Shown piece by piece: positions 17,254-27,410 of a DNA stretch of 63,575 nucleotides. Below the pieces are notes generated by a model. The model was given only the letters and a program-made list of their open reading frames with translations, made no database searches and was not told the origin of the DNA. This DNA comes from Acidobacteriota bacterium. GTDB taxonomy: Bacteria; Acidobacteriota; Polarisedimenticolia; J045. The stretch spans positions 1 through 63,575 of the forward strand of contig JALUUK010000112.1 in NCBI GenBank assembly GCA_027021395.1, in the 5' to 3' direction. The position numbers were made by a program, and so were the translations under genes. How positions within the stretch are numbered: the stretch's first letter is position 1; each line of letters begins with the position of its first letter.

Positions 17254-17472
17254 ATGGACGAGCAGATCCAAGAGGCGATCGCGTTGTACAAGCAGGCGTT
17301 GGAGCAGGGCGACGTGGAGACGGCGCAGAAGATCAAGGCGATGCTTGCGGAGATGGGGATAGACGTGGACGACATCCTTGGCGGCGAGCGTGGTATGGAG
17401 ATGCCGATGCGTGGCGCGATGGGTCCGATGGCGCAGCGAATCCAATCCATGTTGAGTCCGGGAGAGATGTGA
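17254..17472 (+). CDS. hypothetical small protein
   Basis: 72 aa, tightly packed after the portal gene. Confidence 0.45.
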   Translation: MDEQIQEAIALYKQALEQGDVETAQKIKAMLAEMGIDVDDILGGERGMEMPMRGAMGPMAQRIQSMLSPGEM

Positions 17473-17663
17473 TGAAGGACGAACGGTGGATCCAGGAAGC
17501 GACCTCGAAGAACAGGGGTGCGTTCAAGCGTCAGGCGGCGCGTCGTGGCATGACGACAGCCGAGTTCATCCGTGTCGTTTTGCGTCCAGGCAGCAGGTTC
17601 AATGCGAGGACGAAGCGCAGGGCGAGCCTTGCAAGGACTCTGATGAAGCTGCGAAAGAAGTGA
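17472..17663 (+). CDS. hypothetical basic small protein
   Basis: ATG 17472 overlaps the upstream TGA (TGATG). 63 aa, rich in Lys and Arg. Confidence 0.45.
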   Translation: MKDERWIQEATSKNRGAFKRQAARRGMTTAEFIRVVLRPGSRFNARTKRRASLARTLMKLRKK

Positions 17664-17681
17664 TGTGCTGAGGAGAACGGA

Positions 17682-18164
17682 ATGAACCAGGAAATCTACG
17701 ATGCTGCGATCAAGAACGGGTGCACGCCGCGCATGGCGGAGATGCTTGCCGCGCGCAAGGGTCCTGGTTTGAACACGGACACATCCTGGTGGGCGGGGAA
17801 CACGCATTTCTCCGAAGAGCATGGCGACGAGTATGCGGAGCGGACTCGGAAGCTCGTCGAGCGGCATGGCGGGCACATGGGTCCGCATGACGATTACATC
17901 CCGTGGCTTGCGCGGTTCCCTGGAGATCCGAACGCGGTCATCAGCGGCATGGATGCCAAGTCGGGGATTGCGAGAGCCGCGGAGACGCATCAGGCGGAGA
18001 TCGTGCGCAGGAAGACGAAGCCGGCGCCGCCGCTTGCGCCCGACCTCGTTGAAGAGAAGGTATCGCAGGTTGCACCGGACCATGACAAGCTGCCTGCGAA
18101 GGAGAAGCAGAAACTCAAACAGGAGATTATCGAGAAGCACGCCTATAAACCAGAAGGAGAATAG
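17682..18164 (+). CDS. hypothetical protein
   Basis: 160 aa in the morphogenesis operon. Confidence 0.5.
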   Translation: MNQEIYDAAIKNGCTPRMAEMLAARKGPGLNTDTSWWAGNTHFSEEHGDEYAERTRKLVERHGGHMGPHDDYIPWLARFPGDPNAVISGMDAKSGIARAAETHQAEIVRRKTKPAPPLAPDLVEEKVSQVAPDHDKLPAKEKQKLKQEIIEKHAYKPEGE

Positions 18165-18166
18165 AC

Positions 18167-18934
18167 ATGGCGATTTCAGACCGACTCAATCAAGCCCTGA
18201 TCAGCGCCCTGTGCGATCACACGCTTGGCAGCGAGATCAAGGGATACCTGGACAACGTTTCCGTGCTCTCCGGCACGGAGGCGGCTTACATCGACGGCAT
18301 CACCGAGGGCACGGTGACCGCCCAGAAGGCTGTTGTCGTCGATTCGAACAAGGACATCACGGGCTTCCGCAACATCGGGCTGACCGGCGAGGTGAGTTCA
18401 TCGAGCGGGGCGGGCACCGCGGCGGGTACGGGCGTTGCCGCGACGGAGAAGGGCGACGGGATCATTCACAAGACCGTGTTGACCTTCACGAACGTGGCGG
18501 TGCCGCTGACGGACGAGCCGGGTGTTGTGGCTTACGGCGGATTGAAGGTGTACGACTTCCCGGAGGGTGCGATTCGCATCTTCGGCGCCGTGAGCGACGT
18601 TGACCTGACCAAGAGTTCGGCGGGGGTGATCGACACGTGGGACGGCGATATGTCTGTCGGGACGGCGACCGCCGGGAACGATGCGACGCTTTCGGGCACC
18701 GAGGCGGACATCATCCCGAGCACGGCGACCCCGCAGGCGGTTGCCGGCGCGACGACCGCCAACGCTCAGAGCACAGCGAGCGAGGATACGGTGCACGATG
18801 GGACGACCACGGCGAAGGACGTGTACTTCAACCTGTTGGTTGACGACACGGACCATGACGTGACGACCACGCCGTGCAACCTGATCCTGAACGGGACGTT
18901 GACCATTTTGTGGGCAAATCTCGGTGACTACTGA
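18167..18934 (+). CDS. virion structural protein
   Basis: 255 aa. N-terminal ..LSGTEAAYIDGITEGTVTAQKAVVVDSNKDITGFRNIGLTG.. is a motif I recall from phage structural proteins. Rich in Thr, Ala and Gly. Confidence 0.45.
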   Translation: MAISDRLNQALISALCDHTLGSEIKGYLDNVSVLSGTEAAYIDGITEGTVTAQKAVVVDSNKDITGFRNIGLTGEVSSSSGAGTAAGTGVAATEKGDGIIHKTVLTFTNVAVPLTDEPGVVAYGGLKVYDFPEGAIRIFGAVSDVDLTKSSAGVIDTWDGDMSVGTATAGNDATLSGTEADIIPSTATPQAVAGATTANAQSTASEDTVHDGTTTAKDVYFNLLVDDTDHDVTTTPCNLILNGTLTILWANLGDY

Positions 18935-20175
18935 TGACGATCTACACACCGACCTGGCCTGAATATGACAGGCTGACATCCTTTGTGACGTATCAGGATG
19001 CCGTCGAGCGGGTTCTTGTCCAGTTCAGCCGACAGAACACCGGTCGTGACGCGATGCTTGCGAGGCAGGCGGTCGGTGATGCGCTTTTGCGGCTGTCGAG
19101 GCACCCGTGGAAGTTCTACCGCAGCATGTACCAGCTCAAGACGGTTGCGGAGTACACGACGGGCACGATAGCCTACACGCACTCGACAAGGACTGTGACG
19201 TTGACCGGGGGCACGTGGCCGTCTTCGGCTGCGATGGGTACGGTGTTGATCGACAGCGTACCCTACCCCGTCGCGTCACGGGACAGCGACACGCAGCTTA
19301 CGCTGCGCGAGGACATGAACCCTGGCGACGACGTTGCATCCGGCACGTCGTACAAGTGGTATCAGGACTGTTACATCCTCCCTCCGGACTTCGAGAGCAT
19401 GTCCGATCCGCTTGACGCCAAGTACCAGACGGGCGGACCGGACTTGATCCGCGTTGATTCGGAGACGCTTGCATCGCTCGGTCAGATGGTGAGCTACGTC
19501 CCGGTGGCGTACCCGCAATACTACACGATCGAGCGCGATCCGAGGTACGGAAAGGTGATTCGTCTGGCGCCGCCTCCGTCGAGCGAGCGCACGTATCTGT
19601 TCGTGTACCGACGCCGCCCGCGCCGGCTGAGTGTGGTGTGCGAATCGACGGGCACGATCACGGCGAGCACATCAAGCACGACGGTGACCGGCTCCGGAAC
19701 GAGTTGGACGAGCTCCTACGTCGGGTGCGTCCTGCGCGCCGGCACGGATTCATCGTCGGAGCCGACCGGTCCGTACGGTGCGATGATCGGCGTGGATCCC
19801 AGCGACGTGCAGACGAATCCTGCCGTATTCGAGCGGATCATTACGGGAGTGACGGACGCGACGACATTGACGATCGACGTGGCGCCGGACACTTCGGTGT
19901 CTGGCGTGAAGTACACGATCAGCGACCCGATCGACGTGGATTGGACGATTGCCGGCGAGTATTTCAACAGGCTGGTCGAGTACATGATGACGGTTGTGGA
20001 CATGGATATTTCGCCTGAGCTTCGCTCGATGAAGAAGGCGTTGCAGCGTGAGGCGTTCATTTTGGCTGCGGACCGCGACCGGGTTCAGGATTCGATACCG
20101 CGTGCTCCGTACGATTGGGATTGGGCGGATTTCGCTGGCGAGCACAACGTCAGCACGAATGATTATGTGACATGA
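18934..20175 (+). CDS. virion structural protein (head-tail adaptor region)
   Basis: 413 aa with ATGA overlap to the upstream gene. Assigned by position only. Confidence 0.4.
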   Translation: MTIYTPTWPEYDRLTSFVTYQDAVERVLVQFSRQNTGRDAMLARQAVGDALLRLSRHPWKFYRSMYQLKTVAEYTTGTIAYTHSTRTVTLTGGTWPSSAAMGTVLIDSVPYPVASRDSDTQLTLREDMNPGDDVASGTSYKWYQDCYILPPDFESMSDPLDAKYQTGGPDLIRVDSETLASLGQMVSYVPVAYPQYYTIERDPRYGKVIRLAPPPSSERTYLFVYRRRPRRLSVVCESTGTITASTSSTTVTGSGTSWTSSYVGCVLRAGTDSSSEPTGPYGAMIGVDPSDVQTNPAVFERIITGVTDATTLTIDVAPDTSVSGVKYTISDPIDVDWTIAGEYFNRLVEYMMTVVDMDISPELRSMKKALQREAFILAADRDRVQDSIPRAPYDWDWADFAGEHNVSTNDYVT

Positions 20176-20642
20176 GCGTAACGGTAACATCGAACTGGGC
20201 TGCCGCGTTGGACAAGGTGGCGTCGGAGCTGGAATCGCAGGGGATCGACGGCATCGGTCGTGACGTTCGCGTTCAGCGTTCGCCGTTTGACAGCAGGCAG
20301 ATTCGACCGGGGTGTTACGTCACGCCGACGGACAGGAAGTATTCGCGTCCGACGAGTTCGCACAGCACGATCGGCTACGGATGTATGATCACGGTGATCC
20401 AGGGCGTATCGCGCAGGGGCGGGTCATCGCCAGACCGTTTGACTGGCTGGCAGGAGGTTGTATCGCGATTATTCCACGACAAGCGGCTTCATTCGGACGA
20501 CTACAGTTCGGACGTATTGTGTCTGCCCTGCAAGGTGGAGGACGAGACGCCGCTTGAGCCGAGCGTTGTGCTTGAGAAATACCCAGAGGCCGAGGTAACT
20601 TCTTTGGTAGTAAGGGTTTGGCTTAGAGAGGCGCGAACATAA
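20172..20642 (+). CDS. hypothetical structural-module protein
   Basis: 156 aa with a 4-nt overlap to the upstream gene. Confidence 0.45.
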   Translation: MSVTVTSNWAAALDKVASELESQGIDGIGRDVRVQRSPFDSRQIRPGCYVTPTDRKYSRPTSSHSTIGYGCMITVIQGVSRRGGSSPDRLTGWQEVVSRLFHDKRLHSDDYSSDVLCLPCKVEDETPLEPSVVLEKYPEAEVTSLVVRVWLREART

Positions 20643-20653
20643 GGAGACGTGTG

Positions 20654-20977
20654 ATGCCTTTGCGTGAATTTGCGGTCAAGGGCTTGGAGATGAAGGGCGC
20701 GACGGTATCGAGTTCTGTCGTGTCGTTCAGTTCGTTCGGATTTTCGAGTTCGAACGTCACGAACGCGGATCAGGCGGTCATTACAGCGAGGACCGCGGGC
20801 GTCATGGTATCATGGGACGGGACGGACCCGACGGCGACGTTGGGGCATTTGATCGCCCAGAACGAGTCCATGACGGTGATCGGCAACCAGAAGATTCAGG
20901 CGTTGAAGCTCATTCGTGAGGCTGCGGCGGACGCCGATGTCACCATCACGTTGGAGCAGGCGACGTACAGAACATAA
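20654..20977 (+). CDS. hypothetical structural-module protein
   Basis: ATG 20654 with AAGGAG at 20641-20646. 107 aa. Confidence 0.45.
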   Translation: MPLREFAVKGLEMKGATVSSSVVSFSSFGFSSSNVTNADQAVITARTAGVMVSWDGTDPTATLGHLIAQNESMTVIGNQKIQALKLIREAAADADVTITLEQATYRT

Positions 20978-20988
20978 GGAGATAGGCT

Positions 20989-21975
20989 ATGCCTTGCAGC
21001 GGAAGCCCAGCGGTAGGTGTGTATGGCAAGATGCTGATCGAGCCGGGCACGAGCCCGCACACGTTCGACGCATCAAGCGAGCGGTATGTCATCGTGACCA
21101 AGGGGCCTGCCGCGGAGAACATTCAGAAGCATGGTCGGCTGATCGGCGGGCAGGGGATTTCCGGTCTGGTGCGCAAGCTGTCGAGCCGCGTGCGTCAGGG
21201 CGGATACTATTGCTACGGGCAATTCACGATCAACCCATCTCCTGGCGATTTCGATACGCTCCTGGATTACCTTGTCGGCGACGAATCGACGGACGTGTGG
21301 ACGGCGAAGGACTGCCCGAACCCGTTCGGCACCTTGATCTACCGCGACAAGGAGGCGTGGGAGTACAAGGACTGCTACGTTGCCGGCTGGGTTCTTGAGG
21401 GCCGCGCGCCCCAGTATCGCGAGCGCGGCGAGCCGGACATTCTGACGCTGACGGTCCACGTGATCGCCAAGGACGAGAACAAGGGCACATCGTGGCCGAG
21501 CCCGGAGCCGTCGGTGCCGTCGGGCGGAGAATACTACCCATACACATTCCAGGACCTCGACGACGGGGTGTACGGCGGCGTGACGATTGGCGGTGTCACA
21601 CGCGAGATTTACGGGTTCCGACTGACGTATGACAACCACCTGAAGGTGAAATACGCCAACTCGCTCACGGCGCAGGCGATTTTCTCGACAGGTCGGACGA
21701 TCAAGCTGGACGTTTATGCCCCGTGGGACGCGGCGAACGACAACCTCTACGACATGGGGTACACGGGCTCGGCAGCGCAGGTGAAAATGGGCTACCTTGA
21801 ATCCGGCTTGACGAACCCGCATTATACGCAGTTCGACTTGGCGAATCTGAAGGTTCCGCCCGAGTCCCCGTACATCAAGGACGAGGAGGAGGTGGCGTTC
21901 CGGATCAACGGGATCACCTACGGAACGGCATCTGCGGCGGAGTTTACGGTAACGAACGTGGTATCTGTGACATGA
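20989..21975 (+). CDS. virion structural protein (tail tube-like?)
   Basis: 328 aa, beta-rich. Assigned by position in the tail region. Confidence 0.35.
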   Translation: MPCSGSPAVGVYGKMLIEPGTSPHTFDASSERYVIVTKGPAAENIQKHGRLIGGQGISGLVRKLSSRVRQGGYYCYGQFTINPSPGDFDTLLDYLVGDESTDVWTAKDCPNPFGTLIYRDKEAWEYKDCYVAGWVLEGRAPQYRERGEPDILTLTVHVIAKDENKGTSWPSPEPSVPSGGEYYPYTFQDLDDGVYGGVTIGGVTREIYGFRLTYDNHLKVKYANSLTAQAIFSTGRTIKLDVYAPWDAANDNLYDMGYTGSAAQVKMGYLESGLTNPHYTQFDLANLKVPPESPYIKDEEEVAFRINGITYGTASAAEFTVTNVVSVT

Positions 21976-22937
21976 GCAAGGACGAACTTGTACTTCGCAT
22001 TGAATCCTTGGAACTGCAGGTGCAGAAGCTCCTGTTCGCGATGCAATCGTATGTGGGCGAGGAGTTGGATTCCGGGATGCGTGCGGACGAGCCGGACGAG
22101 CGGCATCGCGGCGAGCCTGTGCGCGGCGACTTTCGCCCGCGTTTTGTCCAAGGGCGCCCTCCGATCCTTGAGGAACCGGAAGCCGCGGAGGTTCAACCGC
22201 AACGTGTTCCCACGTGGCAGCCTACAGAGCCGAAGGAGGCGGTAGCGCCTGAGTTCACCGAGCCGACGCCCCAGCCGCCGCGTGATATGACGACGACGTG
22301 GCAGCCGCCGGAGGTCGCGCCGTCCCCTCTCCCGGAGATCAAGGACGAACCGCCCCCTCCGCGGGAGGTTACTACGACATGGCAACCACCGGAAGCCCCT
22401 CCGCCACGTCCTGTTCCTGAGCAGGTCGAGGGGCCTCCGCCGCCCCCTCCGCCCGAGACGCCATTCGCGCCAGATCGCACAGAACGCCCCGTAGAGCCGC
22501 TTGGCGGCGCAGAGGAAACACCCATCCAACCGCCCGAAACAGCGCCAGCGTGGCGTCCTGAAGCGAGAATCGAGCGTCTTGAGCCTGTCGAGCCCGAGGA
22601 ATCGCCGCCCGAGGAGGTTGTGTCGCAGCCGTGGGAGCCGCGGAAACCGAGACCGGAGGACATTCGCGGGTGGGAGATGCAGCCGGACATCGTTGACGTT
22701 GACGACATATTCGGCGATAAATCGCAGGAGGAGACTGAGGAGAAGGACACGAAGCGTGACAAGGGCTACGAGGATACCCTGCTTGACCATGCGCGGGACG
22801 TATCGGACCGATACCGCGACATGCTCGACGAGCTTGGCAAGGTGATTCAGCAGATCGGCGATTCCATGATGGGGCTTCGCGCCCAGATGCAGAACACGTC
22901 GGCGCAGATTGAGACAAGCGAAGAAACGATGGCGTAA
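21972..22937 (+). CDS. Pro/Glu-rich disordered protein
   Basis: 321 aa. Repeat R(D/E)xTTTWQPPE occurs twice, plus poly-Pro runs. Possibly a chaperone or scaffold-type tail protein. Confidence 0.45.
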   Translation: MSKDELVLRIESLELQVQKLLFAMQSYVGEELDSGMRADEPDERHRGEPVRGDFRPRFVQGRPPILEEPEAAEVQPQRVPTWQPTEPKEAVAPEFTEPTPQPPRDMTTTWQPPEVAPSPLPEIKDEPPPPREVTTTWQPPEAPPPRPVPEQVEGPPPPPPPETPFAPDRTERPVEPLGGAEETPIQPPETAPAWRPEARIERLEPVEPEESPPEEVVSQPWEPRKPRPEDIRGWEMQPDIVDVDDIFGDKSQEETEEKDTKRDKGYEDTLLDHARDVSDRYRDMLDELGKVIQQIGDSMMGLRAQMQNTSAQIETSEETMA

Positions 22938-23695
22938 TGTATATCACATACGGCACCTACACATTCGACCTTGGCGAGGCGACGTTCGTTCGGTTCGAGA
23001 CGCGCATGAAGTACTCGCCGCGCGGTTGCCGTGAATTGGCGGTAAAACGGGTGCGCATCGAGGGCGAGCTGTTGGGGTGTGACGAGTACGAGATCAAGAA
23101 CAAGATCGCGCAGATGGAGGACGCATTTGCGTACAATGGTCGCGACCTGGTTTTGTGGCACACGAACAACACGCACACCAAGCATGCGTTATGGTCGAAC
23201 GCGGCGGACACGGTGATTCCGCCGCGTGTGCGGTTTTTGACGTATCCGAGCGGGGCGCCCGAGGAGCACGTGACCAAGCGTGCATTCGTGATCGAGGCGG
23301 AGACGGTGTTGTATGCCCCCGACGGCAAGCTGACTGGAGGGGACAACTTTGCGAACAGCAGTTTTGTGTACTGGCAGGAGGAGATCATACGATACGGGAC
23401 GGGCGATCCGGCGATCGCCGTGCAAGCCACGCAGGATGGCGTTGTATTCCAGACGATCTACCCTGCAACGCCGGTGAAGTTCATCCAGCGAGGGAAGGCT
23501 GTCGGGCTTGAGGGGTACTGGCTCATCTACCCGTGGCAGGCGTTGATTCCATATGCGGAGCTTGACCCGACGCAGACGATTTGGAAGCCGGGTTCTGCCA
23601 AGCGAGTCGGAAAGAACCTGTTCTACTATCCGTTCGAATGGAGTTTCACGTTTTACAAGACGGGATACGCGGAGGTATTCCCGCGTTCTGTATAA
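22937..23695 (+). CDS. virion structural protein
   Basis: 252 aa, overlapping the upstream stop (TAATG). Confidence 0.45.
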   Translation: MYITYGTYTFDLGEATFVRFETRMKYSPRGCRELAVKRVRIEGELLGCDEYEIKNKIAQMEDAFAYNGRDLVLWHTNNTHTKHALWSNAADTVIPPRVRFLTYPSGAPEEHVTKRAFVIEAETVLYAPDGKLTGGDNFANSSFVYWQEEIIRYGTGDPAIAVQATQDGVVFQTIYPATPVKFIQRGKAVGLEGYWLIYPWQALIPYAELDPTQTIWKPGSAKRVGKNLFYYPFEWSFTFYKTGYAEVFPRSV

Positions 23696-23707
23696 GGAGA
23701 GCGAGAC

Positions 23708-24364
23708 ATGGCGACGAACCACACCGATCTAGTGACTTGTTCCGCCGGCTTGACCGTCAGCGGCACCCTGACGCTTCCCACGTCATCGACCGATTTTGCG
23801 AACGACATCCCGCGCGATGCGATCGCGCAGAAGACGTTGGCGAAGGTGCTGCTTCCGCTTCACTTGTGGAAGAAGCACAACGATCCTGCTGCATCGCTTC
23901 CGGCGACATCATCCGGCAGCGATCTTGGACTGTACGGCACGACCTACGGCACGAACACGCCCGAGATCATGACGTACGACGTGAAGGCAGCCGGGGCGCA
24001 ATCGTTGTACGCCCGCTTCCCGAGCCTGATGATCCCGTACGACTACGACGACGGCGAGACGATCCAGATCGTATCGTTTGCCGGGATGGAGGGTGCCGTT
24101 GCGGACACGTCCTGCACGATCGATTTCGAGGCGTACAAGGTCGATGGTCAAGGCGGCGTCACTGGCTCGGACCTGATCACGACGGTTGCGCAGAGCATCA
24201 ATTCCCTGACGTTTGCCGACAAGACGTTCACGCTTGACGCATCGAACGTCGATCCGGGCGACATTCTCGACATCCGCATGACGGTTGCCGTGAACGACGC
24301 GGCAAGCGCGTCGAGCGTTCAGGCGGCGATCGGCAAGGTGTACCTGCAACTGGACATCCGGTAA
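23708..24364 (+). CDS. virion structural protein
   Basis: 218 aa, beta-rich. Confidence 0.45.
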   Translation: MATNHTDLVTCSAGLTVSGTLTLPTSSTDFANDIPRDAIAQKTLAKVLLPLHLWKKHNDPAASLPATSSGSDLGLYGTTYGTNTPEIMTYDVKAAGAQSLYARFPSLMIPYDYDDGETIQIVSFAGMEGAVADTSCTIDFEAYKVDGQGGVTGSDLITTVAQSINSLTFADKTFTLDASNVDPGDILDIRMTVAVNDAASASSVQAAIGKVYLQLDIR

Positions 24365-25890
24365 TGGCGTATCCGCGAGTTGACCTTCAGGGCGTTCCTG
24401 GGGTGGTCGGCGCCGAGATCAACGTACCCAGAGGCGCCCGTGCTGGCGTTTCGCGCATACGTCTTGCCTACGCCAGCGACATCTCGCCGGCGGCGACGCA
24501 GCTTACGGTATCGGACGGGAACGCCAGCATCTCGTTTGATGATGTCATCCCGGACCTTCGCACGGTGAAGCATGAGCGCAACGTCTTCCGGCACGGGAAG
24601 GCGATGCGCAGCGAGCCACAATGGACGCTGCTTGTCCATGATCGCAGGAAGCGTTGGGAGAACGTCGAGGTCTACGCCAACGTGAACGAGCGATGGCGTG
24701 ACTGCACGATCCGCACGGGGTCGAAGAAGGAGCCGGATGTCGTCCTGAAGGACATCATGAACGTTCTGGGCGAGCAGAACGTCACGGTCAGCTCTCCGCC
24801 GACGGGCATTTATCCTCAGTTCAAGTACGAGGCGAAGCCTGGCGTTGATGCCATCAGCGAGGCGTGCAAAGCCTACGCGATGGACATCTGCTACGAGTCC
24901 GGCAGCAAGTTCACCATCCATGCGTTGGGCACCGGATCGCCGCCGCCGGCTGGTCCGTATCGGTATCTCCAGGACAAGACGTGCTCGACCGAGCGCGGAC
25001 CGAAGATCATCTACGTCACATGCGCGCCGACGCTGTTCCAATCGTATCTGTACCTCGAAGCGGTCGGCATGGACACGGACGGCGAGTGGAAGCGCATCGA
25101 CGATCTTTCGTACAAGCCGTCGGACGGATGGGAGATGGAATGGCCGACGCTCATGTCCGGCGTGGACATACGCTACAGGGATCTTGCCCTGCGTACGGTG
25201 TTCCGGTGCTACCGTGTCATGCTCCAATCGATCCCGCTGTACGATGGCGAGATCGGCACGATCTTCCAGATCGAGTTGGACGACGTACTTGTCGAGATGA
25301 GGGGCACGGACGAGGAGAAGTACGAGATTCCGGCATTCATCGAGGGCAGTTTTTGGCCGCATTCCGATCACCCGGTCAACTCAGGCGCCGGATACCGCTA
25401 CAACGGTCCTTTCGAGATCGACAAGGAGAACCGGATGGTGATCTTCGATCATCCGGTATTCAAGCTGTATTCTTCAACGTGCGTCGGGCAGGCGAACATC
25501 ATGCTTGCGACGAGCTACCGGCTGCGCGATTGGCAGAACATGCTGTATGTCCGCAAGCAGTTCTCCATCGAGCGGTCGGACGGGAGCGGCGTTGAGGACA
25601 TTTCCAGGGATGAGTTATGGGAGACGCGGGTCAACCCGTACAGCGACGGCAAGCTCGATCCGAACCAGGTCGTGAGCAACGAGTCTGTCATTCAGCAGGA
25701 GGCGCAGACCTACCTGAACATCCACAAGCAGAAGTGGGACGGCGCCAAGGACCAGAAGGACGTGGTGTACTCGGGGATCAACAGCAGCGTTTCCTGCAAC
25801 GGCGTGATCGAGAAGGTGAGCTATCGCGTGGGGTATGGGCTGACATCGCAGACGCGAGCGAGCATGAATTGCAAGCACTTGCCGGGGTGA
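24364..25890 (+). CDS. large tail/structural protein
   Basis: 508 aa. Assigned by position only. Confidence 0.45.
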   Translation: MAYPRVDLQGVPGVVGAEINVPRGARAGVSRIRLAYASDISPAATQLTVSDGNASISFDDVIPDLRTVKHERNVFRHGKAMRSEPQWTLLVHDRRKRWENVEVYANVNERWRDCTIRTGSKKEPDVVLKDIMNVLGEQNVTVSSPPTGIYPQFKYEAKPGVDAISEACKAYAMDICYESGSKFTIHALGTGSPPPAGPYRYLQDKTCSTERGPKIIYVTCAPTLFQSYLYLEAVGMDTDGEWKRIDDLSYKPSDGWEMEWPTLMSGVDIRYRDLALRTVFRCYRVMLQSIPLYDGEIGTIFQIELDDVLVEMRGTDEEKYEIPAFIEGSFWPHSDHPVNSGAGYRYNGPFEIDKENRMVIFDHPVFKLYSSTCVGQANIMLATSYRLRDWQNMLYVRKQFSIERSDGSGVEDISRDELWETRVNPYSDGKLDPNQVVSNESVIQQEAQTYLNIHKQKWDGAKDQKDVVYSGINSSVSCNGVIEKVSYRVGYGLTSQTRASMNCKHLPG

Positions 25891-25893
25891 CGC

Positions 25894-27408
25894 ATGACGA
25901 TACAGCACGGACCGGACCAATCGCCGCATCGCAGGCAGCGGTGGATTGAGATCGAGAACGTAGGGTCTTCGGACATCCCGCCGCACGGCGTCGTCGAGGT
26001 GGTGGACCACTACCGCCCTGAGAAGGATTCCACCGAGACGCCGGGCGGCGGTCCTACGGTCGTGAAGGTTCAGCGCCCGACCAAGGACGAGCCGTGCCCG
26101 CTGCTGATAAACGGTCCGTGCACGGTCAAGGTCGGCAAGCGTTCGAGGATCGGCACGAACGACTACCCGGCTTTGGCGTTGTTGGGCGAGTCGCCGGACT
26201 GCACCGGTCAGACGTTCGGGGCGAAGAAGGACTCGTATCAGCTGTGGAAGGGCTTGTGCGGGTTCCTTGTCTGGGGCGACTATGACGGCGAGAAGGCGCA
26301 GGTCGTCCGGTGGGACGATTGCGGCGATCTTGTCCCCGTCCGCGCGTTGGACTGCATCCTTCCAGGCACCATTTCGACGGTCCGGCGCATGCGGTACAAG
26401 TCGAATGGGTCTTATGAGGACACGGGCGAGGATGTCCAGGTAATCGACGTTTACTGCTACATCTTCGCGATCAAGGACGAGATATTCTGGGTGAAGCGTC
26501 AGACGTGCGACTGCGACACGTCATCATACTACACGCCGGTCTACCCGTACGGGAACATCCGCGAGGTTCGGGTCTACAACAAGATCGAGGCGGGCGCAAC
26601 GGGGTATGCGACGGTGCTTGGTCCGTCGTCGATTCCGAGTTGCGTATTCGAGCCGACGAGCTGCACGATCCAGATCGTCAATCACACGAAGCGTCCGCTT
26701 GCGTGCGACACATACGAGGACGTGAAGGCGTTCCTCATGCCCGCCATGTGCTGCTGGGAGGTTCCGAGCGCCCCGCGTCCGAACATGGCGATTGCGACGC
26801 TTTCCTCCGATATGTGCACTGGCGGGAGCGCATCGCTTTCCAATGTGCAGTACAAGGACATCACGCAATGGCCCGTGACGCCGACATCGGCGACCAACCC
26901 GTTCAACCTCGTCGCCAAGAAGGGCGACAACGTGCTGATCGGATTCGACGCATCCGCCTGCGAGTGGTACGTGATCCAGGTCCAACACTGCATTGCCGAG
27001 CGCATCATGTCGGACGTTCGCCGAAACGGATGCTCGATCGAGCGGCAGGTGTACGAGAAGGTCGCGATCCAGGCTTGCGACTGCAACCCGACATGGCAAT
27101 CGGCGATCACGCTTTACACGCAGCAGTTCATCTCGGACATCGCGGTAGACTGCGGCACGGGCGGAACTGGCTCGACGTGCGAGGTGAAGGCGCGCAAGAA
27201 GCAATGCTGCATCTTCGACGATACATGCACGGATCTTGGATGGAGCACGATCCTGTCTGGGACGACCGAAACATTCATGACGGACGTGTACCAGCAGGGC
27301 ACGGACGTATGGGGCGACTTCATGGACGTGTGCGTATTGTGCGTATACGGCACATCGAGCAGCATCGTCCTTGAGGGAACGGATTGTGAAACGGGTACTG
27401 GGACTTAA
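25894..27408 (+). CDS. large Cys-rich tail/structural protein
   Basis: 504 aa with many Cys residues. Assigned by position only. Confidence 0.45.
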   Translation: MTIQHGPDQSPHRRQRWIEIENVGSSDIPPHGVVEVVDHYRPEKDSTETPGGGPTVVKVQRPTKDEPCPLLINGPCTVKVGKRSRIGTNDYPALALLGESPDCTGQTFGAKKDSYQLWKGLCGFLVWGDYDGEKAQVVRWDDCGDLVPVRALDCILPGTISTVRRMRYKSNGSYEDTGEDVQVIDVYCYIFAIKDEIFWVKRQTCDCDTSSYYTPVYPYGNIREVRVYNKIEAGATGYATVLGPSSIPSCVFEPTSCTIQIVNHTKRPLACDTYEDVKAFLMPAMCCWEVPSAPRPNMAIATLSSDMCTGGSASLSNVQYKDITQWPVTPTSATNPFNLVAKKGDNVLIGFDASACEWYVIQVQHCIAERIMSDVRRNGCSIERQVYEKVAIQACDCNPTWQSAITLYTQQFISDIAVDCGTGGTGSTCEVKARKKQCCIFDDTCTDLGWSTILSGTTETFMTDVYQQGTDVWGDFMDVCVLCVYGTSSSIVLEGTDCETGTGT

Positions 27409-27410
27409 TC